Assembly (NCBI GenBank): GCA_034430835.1
Contig: DAOUDX010000220.1
Span: 344 to 64,343 of the forward strand
Length of the DNA stretch: 64,000 bases
Origin: Anaerolineae bacterium
GTDB lineage: Bacteria; Chloroflexota; Anaerolineae; B4-G1
Direction: 5' to 3'
The number at the start of each line of letters is the position of its first letter. Positions within the stretch are counted from its first letter, which is position 1. The notes below the pieces were generated by a model. It was given only the letters and a program-made list of their open reading frames with translations. It had not been told where the DNA came from and made no database searches. Of the stretch, positions 42,814-50,416 are shown in pieces. A program made the translations under genes and the position numbers.

Positions 42814-43326
42814 TCAGGACAGCAGAATTCCCTCCAGGCGCAAAAGCGCGGCCTTGATCTCCACCCCGGCGCTGTAACCGATGAGCCTGTCTCCTGCCCC
42901 GATGACCCGGTGGCAGGGGATCAGGATGGGCAGCAGGTTCGCGCTCAGGGCCGCCCCTACCGCCCGCGCGGCCTGGGGATGACCGAGGCGGCGCGCGATT
43001 CCGCCGTACGTCGCCGTCGCTCCATAGGGGATGGCGGCGACCTCGTCCCACACGGCTCGTTGAAACGGCGTTCCATCCACGTCCAGCGATAGGTCGAACT
43101 CGCGCCGGACGCGGGAAAAGTACTCGCGCAGTTGGGTTAGCGCGGAGGCCAGCGCTTCCGGGTCCTCGTGCGGCGGTTCCTCAGCGACGTACCGTGACAG
43201 TTGCCAGAAGAGAGCCTCTGGCTGGCCGCCCCCCAGCCCCAAGGCACAGATGCCCGCGCCGGTCCTGGCGACCCACACCGGCCCGACCGGTGAATCCATT
43301 CTGGCGTAGGCAATGCTGTCACTCAC
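42814..43326 (-). CDS. ogt: methylated-DNA--protein-cysteine methyltransferase
   Basis: 170-aa ORF. ...TPFQRAVWDEVAAIPYGATATYGGIARRLG... and the active-site IPCHRVIGAGDRLIGYSAG. Confidence 0.9.
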   Translation of the reverse strand: MSDSIAYARMDSPVGPVWVARTGAGICALGLGGGQPEALFWQLSRYVAEEPPHEDPEALASALTQLREYFSRVRREFDLSLDVDGTPFQRAVWDEVAAIPYGATATYGGIARRLGHPQAARAVGAALSANLLPILIPCHRVIGAGDRLIGYSAGVEIKAALLRLEGILLS

Positions 43327-43374
43327 CTAGTTATCCCTTGTCGTGTCTGTCCTCGACGACGCGGTGGGCTACCA

Positions 43375-44085
43375 TCACAGCAGCGACGAGATCTGCGAGG
43401 TGTGGTCGAGGATGACGTAAGCGCCTGCCCGTTCCAATTCCTTCCGCTCCCCGAAGCCGCACAGCACCGCTACCGACCAGGCCCTCGCTCGCCGCGCGGC
43501 CCTCACGTCCACCGTCGTATCGCCCACCATCACGCATCGCTCGACGGGCACGCCGAGTTTCTGCGCTGCGTATCGAACGGGGGCCGGGTGCGGCTTGAGC
43601 CGCCAGGTACTGTCACTGGTCGCCAGCGCTTCGAAGAGATCGCGCAACCCGTACTGGTCGAGAAACGCCTCGGCATCGCCCTTGCGCCGGGTAGTGACCA
43701 CCGCCAGCTTGTATCGTTCCCTCAGGGCAGGGAGCATATCCCCCACACCTGTCATGATGCGGAAATTGTCCCGCGTGCGCAAGCCGCGCCATTCGTAGAG
43801 CCGGTCCGAGAGCGCCCGCAGCGAGGAGTCCAGTCCGAAGACATCCAAGAAGGTGATGAGAGCGTTGCCGGGTGTCTCGGCGGCCATCACGAGTCGGCGA
43901 GCAGTGTCACCGGGGTTGGGCCAACGCAGCTTCTGCAGCCGACGTGCCAGCCTCTCCACGGCCTGGTCGTCGGTGTCCATCAGCGTCCCGTCCAGGTCGA
44001 ACAGGATGGCTTCTACTCCATCTTTGTCGAATGAGGCCTCTTCCGGCATCGGCATAATAGTATCACGACGCGGCAAGGATGTCAA
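43375..44085 (-). CDS. HAD-superfamily hydrolase (phosphoglycolate phosphatase-like)
   Basis: 236-aa ORF; the start could be an internal Met. Motif I ILFDLDGTLMDTD, then ...VVTTRRK... and ...VMVGDTTVDVRAA... Confidence 0.8.
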   Translation of the reverse strand: MTSLPRRDTIMPMPEEASFDKDGVEAILFDLDGTLMDTDDQAVERLARRLQKLRWPNPGDTARRLVMAAETPGNALITFLDVFGLDSSLRALSDRLYEWRGLRTRDNFRIMTGVGDMLPALRERYKLAVVTTRRKGDAEAFLDQYGLRDLFEALATSDSTWRLKPHPAPVRYAAQKLGVPVERCVMVGDTTVDVRAARRARAWSVAVLCGFGERKELERAGAYVILDHTSQISSLL

Positions 44086-44141
44086 AATCCAGCGAGGGTT
44101 GTCAGGGCGATGACTGCCAGGCGGAAGTGGGTGACACGAGC

Positions 44142-45683
44142 CTAGCCCGTGTCTTCGGTCAGCTCGGTCAGGCGACGGATCAGCGGCTGGAGCGTGGGGA
44201 ACAGCGGGCGGTAGACCTCGCTGTAGATGTGGTCATAGATCGCCCGTGTTTCCGGGTCGGGCGCGAAACGCTCCGTCGTGTCGGTCATCGCATCGGCAGC
44301 GGCGGCTGTATTGGGGTACCACTGCGCTGCAACCGCGGCGAGGATGCCCGCCCCCAGGCAGGTCGCCTCGGTCGTGGCGGCGCGCACGACGGGCACGCCC
44401 GTGACGTCGGCCACGATCTGGCACCACAGGTCGCTGCGGCTGCCGCCGCCCAGGGCAACGTACTCTCCGAACGGCCGGCCCGTCGTCGTGGCCATCGCCG
44501 TGGCCATCCCCTCGCCCAGCAGCCGTTGCTCGAAAGCGATGCCCTCCAGGATAGCGCGGTAGAAATGCTCTGGTCCGTGCGCGCCCGTCCACCCGATGGT
44601 GATGCCGGAGGCTGCCGGGTCCCAGTAGGGCGTCATCGCGTGATTCCAGTACGGCACGACCACGAGACCCAGAGAGCCGGGCGGTACCTGGGCTGCGGCG
44701 GCTTCCAGCGCGTCCTCGAGGGCGCTCAGGCCAGAGTTATGCGGATTCCCTCCGAATGCCTTCACGAACCAGTTCACCGTGAATGCCCCTCCCTGAATCA
44801 CAGTCTCCAGAAAGTACTTGCCCGCGATAGGCGCGTAGAGGGTGCGGAAGGCCCGGCGTGTGAGATAGCCGTCGTGGACGATACCGCTGACTACGGCGGT
44901 GCCCAGGTTGAGGGACGCGCGATCGCCGCCGACGGCGCTGGCACCCAGGCCAGCGCACTGGCCGTCGCCTGCTCCCGCGATGACGCATAGCCCGGACGGC
45001 AGACCGGTTGCGGCCGCGGCCTCGTCGCTCACACAGCCGATGGGTTGTCCCGGCGGTATCAGTTCGGGGAACTGCTCAGGACGCAGGCCCAACTCCTCCA
45101 TCAGGTCAGCAGCCCAACACCCGGATGCCATATCGACCAATCCCATCGGATCGGCGGAGGCCAGGCTGGACCTAAATGCGCCCGTCAGCCGGTGGACGAG
45201 GAAGGCGTGGGCGTCCAGGAACTTGGTCGTCTGCGCTACCATCCCCGGCTCGTGCTGCATCAGCCAGACGATCTTGGTCACGGAGGGATTGGTGGTGAGC
45301 GGCTTGCCGGTGATCCGGTGAAAGTGCTCCCCGCCGATCCGTTTCTCCAGGAAGGCGACCTGGTCACGGCTGCGCTCGTCGAGCCACAGGATGGCGTTGC
45401 GCAGGGGCCGGCCTGCGCTACCCACCGGCACAAAGCTCTCGCGCTGGTGGGTGATGCAGAGCGCATCCACCCGGCTTGCATCGATTTGACCGAGCAGCGC
45501 CCGCAGTGCGGCGCACGCGCCATCCCACCACGCCTCTGCGTCCTGCTCGTACCAGTTGGGCTTGGGCTGGAGAAGGGAATAGGTCGCCCGGCCCTCGGCC
45601 GCGGCCCGCCCTTCCCGATCCCAGGCGATGGCCTTGCAGGCGGTGGTGCTGGAGTCGATGCCGATGACGAGGGGAGCGGCCAT
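44142..45683 (-). CDS. FGGY-family carbohydrate kinase (xylulokinase-like)
   Basis: ORF track 44142-45719. ATG at 45683 (MAAPLVIGIDSSTTACKAIAWD...) shares one base with the upstream TGA (TGATG). ...GAGDGQCAGLG... and ...ALGGGSRSDLWCQIVADV... are FGGY signatures. Confidence 0.85.
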   Translation of the reverse strand: MAAPLVIGIDSSTTACKAIAWDREGRAAAEGRATYSLLQPKPNWYEQDAEAWWDGACAALRALLGQIDASRVDALCITHQRESFVPVGSAGRPLRNAILWLDERSRDQVAFLEKRIGGEHFHRITGKPLTTNPSVTKIVWLMQHEPGMVAQTTKFLDAHAFLVHRLTGAFRSSLASADPMGLVDMASGCWAADLMEELGLRPEQFPELIPPGQPIGCVSDEAAAATGLPSGLCVIAGAGDGQCAGLGASAVGGDRASLNLGTAVVSGIVHDGYLTRRAFRTLYAPIAGKYFLETVIQGGAFTVNWFVKAFGGNPHNSGLSALEDALEAAAAQVPPGSLGLVVVPYWNHAMTPYWDPAASGITIGWTGAHGPEHFYRAILEGIAFEQRLLGEGMATAMATTTGRPFGEYVALGGGSRSDLWCQIVADVTGVPVVRAATTEATCLGAGILAAVAAQWYPNTAAAADAMTDTTERFAPDPETRAIYDHIYSEVYRPLFPTLQPLIRRLTELTEDTG

Positions 45684-48499
45684 CAGACCTCGGAGGTCTC
45701 TGCCAGCGTGCGGATCCACGGGCGCATCAGGGGGACGGCCAGGCGAAGAACGTCGCCTTCTTCGACGACAAGGTCGTGGCGTAGTACATCTTTGATAGCC
45801 TCTTCGGCCCTTTCGGGACCCAGACCCGTTTCTTGGACCAGCTCTGTACGAGAGAGAGACGCATCATCCTCGCGACTCGCAAGAATCTTCAACAGTCGAT
45901 GCTCGTCCGGCCCGGCCTCGCTCCACACGCCGCTGAAGTAGTAATCGGCCTGGAGGAAGAGCTCGTGGTAGAAATCGGGGGTGAGCAGCGCCTCCAGGTC
46001 GGCGGGGGTGAGGGTGCGCGGGGTCTTCTCCCCCTCTTTCAGGAAGCGCTCGTTCCAGCGGTTGACCAGCTCCCAACACAGCCGCTGCAGGAGGTAGGGC
46101 TGGCCGTGGGTGAGGCGATACAACTCCTCGGCCAGCGCGAGCTCGTACTCCAGCGCAAAATCGTCCGAGGGCTGGCGAACGAGGTGCAGCGCGGCCTCCC
46201 GCGCGAGGAAGGAGACGCGCACCGGCTCGGCGCTGCCGTAAAAGACGGCCTTGTAGTGGCGCAGCTCATCCTCCAGCGCCTGCCGCCCGGCAAAGAGCAG
46301 CCCCAACCAGCGGTGCCTCTGGGCGGCGCTGCGCAGGTAGCGCAGGAAGGCCGGGTCGAACTCGCCCCTCTCGAGTTTTTCCTCGGCGATCTCGTACTCG
46401 TCGATGGCCAGGGTGAGGCGCCGCCCGGTCATGTGCGGATCCAGCCGCTCCAACAGCGCGTTGAGCGCCATCCGGGCCGCGCCGGTGCTCGTGTAGTCGT
46501 CCGCGCCCGGCGCGGGGCCGGCGGTGAGGCCCGCCTCCTGCGCAGCGGCGTGGATCGCGCGGGCAAAGCCGTGCAGCAGTTGGCCGGTGTGGTCGGCCAT
46601 CACCAGATCCTGCATATCGGTGCGGGCGATGAGCGTCTCCGGCCCCCGGTGGCGGTAGAGGTGGTGGATGATGGAGGTCTTGCCCATCCTGCGGTGACCG
46701 TAGAGGATGATGGGCGGGAGCGGGGCGTCAGGAGAGGCGGCCCACAGCCGCTCCAGTTGGGCCAGGGTGGTTTCGCGGCCCACGAAGGTGCGCTCGACCG
46801 GCAGGCCGCTGTAGCCCTCGTAGGGGTTCTCGACCGGCTGGCGCAGCACCTGCTCGCCGATCTGCCCGCCGGCACGGGCCAGCACGTCGCGCCATTGCTC
46901 GGCGATCTGCCTGACGATGGCGCGCTCCGGCTCGGGGCAGGTCTCGTCCACGTCGGCCAGCAATTGGGTGAGCGCGGCGACGGCGCGCCCGATGGCCGAG
47001 GAGCGCATCAGGGGGGAGGCGGCGTGCACGGCCACGTCCGCCTCCTGGGCGACCTCGCGCAGGCGGCGCAGGGTGGCTACGACGGCGGGGCGCAGGTAGG
47101 GTTCAGGCAATTCGGGCAGAGAGGCCCCGCCAGGACAGCGGTACTCCATCCAGCGGCCCACGGCGGCGGGGTCCTGGGCCTCCAGCGCCGCCACCAGCGC
47201 AGAAGCGATGAGGCACAGCTCCTCACCGCCGGGCAGCGCGCGTACGACGGCGAAGGCCTCCGTCGCTTTCACCGGCTGCTGCACATGCAGGTACCAGAAC
47301 CCAGCGCAGGCCGCGCGGGCGGGGATGTCCAAACGTAATTCTGGCCTGACTCGTTTGAAGAGTTGACGAAAGAAAAAAAACGGAATGATGAGACCAGCAG
47401 TTGCGTAGTACCGTATTCCCTTGTGCAGCGAGGCAGAGCCGAAGTGTACCAGGTTCCAGTCGAATGGCTCGCAGGCCAGTTCGCCCACGGCGGCCAGAAG
47501 TCGCTCCTCCGGCACCTGAGCCAGCGCGGCGTTGACTGCCCGCACAACCGGGACGAATTGCAGGGTGTAAGCCAACAGTTGGTTGGCGTTTTGGACGCCA
47601 GCGGCCCAATCCCGCGCCAGCCGGTTCTCCAGTCTCTTCTGCATACCCGGCAGGGCCAGCCAGGTAACGCGACCTGCTCCCTCCCGAAGCCAGCCCCAGG
47701 TGCTGGGGAGCGCCAAGATGGCATAATCTAGTGTCCGTAGAGCCATTACTATGCCCACGACGCCGCCCGCCACGCCGAGCATCACGCCATCCACCACATC
47801 GCTCGCCATGCCGACCGCCACGCCGCCCATTACGTTGAGTACCACGCCGCCTGCCACGCCGACTGCCACGCCACTCACTACTCTGAGCGTCACGCCGCCC
47901 GTCACGCCGAACGCCACGCCGAGCGCCACGCCGAGCGCCACGCCGAGCGCGATGCACATCACCCCTAGCGCAAAGCTGGGCTCTGCACTGGTCGACATGC
48001 TGAATACCACGGCGGATACTGCACTATATGTCACGCTAAGCGCTACACTACTCGCCACGCCGCTTGCTCTACTTCCTGCTACACTTCTTAGAACGCCGAC
48101 CTCTAAGCTGAACACTATGCCTAACATTGTGACTACTATGTGAGGCCAATTGATGTGCTCGTTTAGCATCCACAGGGAGACAGACGCCGCCAGAGGCATC
48201 AAAGCAACCAAGAGCAAGCCTTGGAAGGCCAGGTCTCGCTGCACCCGATCCTGGCGCAGCGCGGGCAGCAGGTCGCGGCCCGTGGCTTCGCGGTGTTCGG
48301 GATCGGCAAAGGTCTCCACGTACCAGCGCAACGCCTGGGGGAAGAAGAAGCACCAATAGAGCAGGCGCAGGTAGTCGAGCGGGTTCCACAGTTGCAGCGG
48401 GCGCTTGAGCTTGGGGGCCAAGTCGAGGCGGGGGACGGACATCTCCCCCTCCCCCGGCCCCTCCCCCAAGGGGTGAGGGGAGGCTTTTCTCGCGCTCAT
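45683..48499 (-). CDS. membrane-anchored P-loop NTPase (AAA+/STAND-like, Arch_ATPase flavour) with N-terminal glycine-zipper repeat region and C-terminal winged-helix-like domain
   Basis: 938-aa ORF; an alternative ATG at 48442 gives 919 aa. Residues ~95-255 are hydrophobic with a (G/S)-V-x-x repeat. FVGRETTLAQLERLW...ILYGHRRMGKTSI is the Walker A (46676-46699), and LTLAIDEYE is the Walker B. The C-terminus ...EHRLLKILASREDDASLSRTELVQETGLGPERAEEAIKDVLRHDLV... looks wHTH-like. Confidence 0.75.
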   Translation of the reverse strand: MSARKASPHPLGEGPGEGEMSVPRLDLAPKLKRPLQLWNPLDYLRLLYWCFFFPQALRWYVETFADPEHREATGRDLLPALRQDRVQRDLAFQGLLLVALMPLAASVSLWMLNEHINWPHIVVTMLGIVFSLEVGVLRSVAGSRASGVASSVALSVTYSAVSAVVFSMSTSAEPSFALGVMCIALGVALGVALGVAFGVTGGVTLRVVSGVAVGVAGGVVLNVMGGVAVGMASDVVDGVMLGVAGGVVGIVMALRTLDYAILALPSTWGWLREGAGRVTWLALPGMQKRLENRLARDWAAGVQNANQLLAYTLQFVPVVRAVNAALAQVPEERLLAAVGELACEPFDWNLVHFGSASLHKGIRYYATAGLIIPFFFFRQLFKRVRPELRLDIPARAACAGFWYLHVQQPVKATEAFAVVRALPGGEELCLIASALVAALEAQDPAAVGRWMEYRCPGGASLPELPEPYLRPAVVATLRRLREVAQEADVAVHAASPLMRSSAIGRAVAALTQLLADVDETCPEPERAIVRQIAEQWRDVLARAGGQIGEQVLRQPVENPYEGYSGLPVERTFVGRETTLAQLERLWAASPDAPLPPIILYGHRRMGKTSIIHHLYRHRGPETLIARTDMQDLVMADHTGQLLHGFARAIHAAAQEAGLTAGPAPGADDYTSTGAARMALNALLERLDPHMTGRRLTLAIDEYEIAEEKLERGEFDPAFLRYLRSAAQRHRWLGLLFAGRQALEDELRHYKAVFYGSAEPVRVSFLAREAALHLVRQPSDDFALEYELALAEELYRLTHGQPYLLQRLCWELVNRWNERFLKEGEKTPRTLTPADLEALLTPDFYHELFLQADYYFSGVWSEAGPDEHRLLKILASREDDASLSRTELVQETGLGPERAEEAIKDVLRHDLVVEEGDVLRLAVPLMRPWIRTLAETSEV
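47741..48100 (-). repeat. 12-nt-periodic coding repeat encoding about 30 consecutive (G/S/A)-V-x-x tetrads
   Basis: The protein reads GVLR SVAG ... GVAS SVAL SVTY ... GVAL GVAL GVAF GVTG GVTL RVVS GVAV GVAG GVVL NVMG GVAV GMAS DVVD GVML GVAG GVVG IVMA. The DNA shows GCCACGCCGAGC x3 and many GCCACGCC-type units. Confidence 0.8.
48444..48483. repeat. C/G-rich imperfect hairpin element at the junction of the two NTPase genes
   Basis: tccccctcccccggCCCCTCCCCcaaGGGGtGAGGGGagg. It translates as SPHPLGEGPGEGE if the 48499 start is used. It resembles the G/C-run repeat in yfhO. Confidence 0.6.
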
Positions 48500-49746
48500 C
48501 CCAGTGCCTCCATATCCAGGTCGTAGCAGGCGCGCCAGTCGTAGGCCGGGTTGTGCAGCGCCTCATGGCGGTGGTGGGCGGCGCGCTGCAGGCGGTAGGG
48601 GTGGCAGGCAGAAAGGGCGAGTAGCTCGTCGCAGGTAGGTGTATCGAAGTGCAGCGCGTCGGGCACCCAGGGGTGGGCCAGCAAGCGCCGGGCTTCGTCC
48701 TCCGTGAAAGGGCCGAGCCGTTGGACGCTGAGAAAGTCGTAGGGCCAGGAGCCTTTGCCGGGGTCGGGAAAGATGTCTTTGGGCAGGTCCCGGCTCGCCG
48801 TCACCAGCCGCAATCCGCGCTCGGCCTGGCACAGCGCCCGGCAGCCGCGCAGGTGGTCGAGGTCGAAGCCGCGCTCGGGGGCCAGGTCGAACTCGTCCAG
48901 CAGCAGCACGGCCCGGCGGCCGTGGACGGCGCGCTTCAGATCCTCCCTGGTCTTGCCGTCTCCGCCCAGTTGGCGGATCGCTTCGGCCAGCAGCCCGCGG
49001 GCGTCCTCGAAATCGTAAAAGTCCCAAAAGACCACGGCCTGGCCCGGCTCCTGGCGCAGCCGATCGGCCAAGCAGTGCAGGAGCGAGGACTTGCCGATCT
49101 TGCGCTCCCCCACCAGCGCGACGGAGCCGCCCGCAAGCATGCGCAGCAGTCGCTCCAGCATGCGCTCGCGCCCGACGAAGCGGGCCGGGTCGCGGATGGC
49201 GACGACGTCGGTGAAGGGGTTGGGCGGAGGAGCGGAGGGGCAGGAGGGCGGAGGAGCAGGCAGGTCTTTGAAGCGGTGCGCCCAATCGGCGTAGTGTTTG
49301 AGCAGGAGGTCATTGTTGGCCGGATGGGAGAGTTGGCCGCACAGATCTTCCCAGAAGATGACGTGAACGGAGAACTTGCCAGCCGCCAGCCGCTCCTCGT
49401 CAATCTGGCGGACAATCTGTTGCAGTTTGCTGTCCCGGCGGTCGGTGGTGGCGATGGTGTACTCGGCCAGGGGCGGGGAGAAGCGCTCGGCTTTGGCGAT
49501 CTCGGCTTCTATCTTCTTGCGCGTGAGGCGGCCCTCGTCGTAGCGCTTGCACTGGACGCCCGCGTAGCGGCCTTGCAGATGCGCGGGGCGGCCATAGATG
49601 TCCACCCCCTGCTGCTCCTGGCCGCTACGGCCATAGCGCTGTGTTTGAGGGTCGTCCCAGGTACGGGTGTAGAGGTCGGCGACGATGTCCTCGAATTCGT
49701 TCCAGGATTCAGGTTTGGGCAGTTCGCTTTGGGGAACGGTAGGCAT
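48496..49746 (-). CDS. Mrr-like (PD-(D/E)xK) nuclease domain fused to a P-loop NTPase (AAA+/STAND-like, Arch_ATPase flavour)
   Basis: 416-aa ORF. N-terminus WNEFEDIVADLYTR...GQEQQGVDIYG...YAGVQCKRYDEG fits the Mrr_cat pattern with D49 and Q65-x-K67. A Pro-rich linker follows. FVGRERMLERLLRMLAGGSVALVGERKIGKSSLL is the Walker A (49087-49110), and VLLLDEFD is the Walker B. There is no sensor-repeat region. ATGA overlap with the next gene. Confidence 0.75.
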   Translation of the reverse strand: MPTVPQSELPKPESWNEFEDIVADLYTRTWDDPQTQRYGRSGQEQQGVDIYGRPAHLQGRYAGVQCKRYDEGRLTRKKIEAEIAKAERFSPPLAEYTIATTDRRDSKLQQIVRQIDEERLAAGKFSVHVIFWEDLCGQLSHPANNDLLLKHYADWAHRFKDLPAPPPSCPSAPPPNPFTDVVAIRDPARFVGRERMLERLLRMLAGGSVALVGERKIGKSSLLHCLADRLRQEPGQAVVFWDFYDFEDARGLLAEAIRQLGGDGKTREDLKRAVHGRRAVLLLDEFDLAPERGFDLDHLRGCRALCQAERGLRLVTASRDLPKDIFPDPGKGSWPYDFLSVQRLGPFTEDEARRLLAHPWVPDALHFDTPTCDELLALSACHPYRLQRAAHHRHEALHNPAYDWRACYDLDMEALG

Positions 49747-49788
49747 TTTGAAGGCCTTTTGCCTGCCACTTGCAGAGTGACAGGCAAC

Positions 49789-50067
49789 TCAACCCAGTTT
49801 GTTGATCCGCCCGTATGCGTTGTCGTGCTGGGCGATATCGTCAACGACGATACGCTGATTGGCCGCGTCCAGCAGGTAGGGGATACGGAACGGTCCGCTG
49901 TGCAGGCTGAAGAAATGGCTACCCTTGATGGGCTGATGCGTAATCTCGTCGGCATGCTCGGCCAGCCACTGAATCTTGCGGATGATGGCTTGGGTTGCTT
50001 TGAGGTTCCTGCGAGCCAGTTTGCGCAGTGCGGCCTGAGCCTTCGGCGTGAATTCGTAGCGATACAT
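49789..50067 (-). CDS. type II toxin-antitoxin system toxin, RelE/ParE family
   Basis: 92-aa ORF. MYRYEFTPKAQAALRKLARRN...IIRKIQWLAEH...GPFRIPYLLDAANQRIVVDDIAQHDNAY fits the RelE/ParE pattern. Its start shares one base with the upstream stop (TAATG). Confidence 0.75.
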   Translation of the reverse strand: MYRYEFTPKAQAALRKLARRNLKATQAIIRKIQWLAEHADEITHQPIKGSHFFSLHSGPFRIPYLLDAANQRIVVDDIAQHDNAYGRINKLG

Positions 50068-50342
50068 TACATGTCCCGGAATTCTTGTACCGCCTCTTCG
50101 CCGTTAACCAGTTCTACCTCCCCCTTCTGGATGGCCTCGTAGTCTTCCTGCAACTCAGCCAGATAGGTAGGGGTAGCCTCCTCTGCTGTGTACAGCACTT
50201 TGACGCCATGCTCGTTTACATAGTAGTCGTGAAGCTCTTCGCGCACCACACGCCGCACGACCGTGGTGATGAGTGTCTCCAGTTGGCCTGCGGTCAGTTG
50301 AACGACCGGCTGATCTGGCAATATGTTTGCGTTCTCGCTCAC
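50067..50342 (-). CDS. putative antitoxin (family not recognised)
   Basis: 91-aa acidic ORF immediately upstream of, and coupled to, the RelE/ParE gene. GTG start with GGAGG 6 nt upstream. Confidence 0.55.
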   Translation of the reverse strand: MSENANILPDQPVVQLTAGQLETLITTVVRRVVREELHDYYVNEHGVKVLYTAEEATPTYLAELQEDYEAIQKGEVELVNGEEAVQEFRDM

Positions 50343-50362
50343 GGAAGACCTCCTGTCATCGT

Positions 50363-50391
50363 ACTATACCACGAATGTGCTATAAGGCCAA
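50363..50391 (-). promoter_or_regulatory. candidate promoter of the toxin-antitoxin (and possibly downstream NTPase) transcription unit
   Basis: The minus strand reads TTGGCC (50391-50386), a 17-nt spacer ending in TGg, then TATAGT (50368-50363), about 20 nt upstream of the antitoxin start. Confidence 0.5.
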
Positions 50392-50416
50392 ACTGCGATC
50401 CGACATGCCAGGTCGG

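Noticed and set aside
49759-49787. Hairpin TTGCCTGcCAC-n7-GTGaCAGGCAA between the toxin gene and the nuclease-NTPase gene as an intrinsic terminator
   Set aside because: The stem is imperfect, and on the transcribed (minus) strand it is followed by AAAGGCC rather than a U-tract. I treat it at most as a partial attenuator or processing site.
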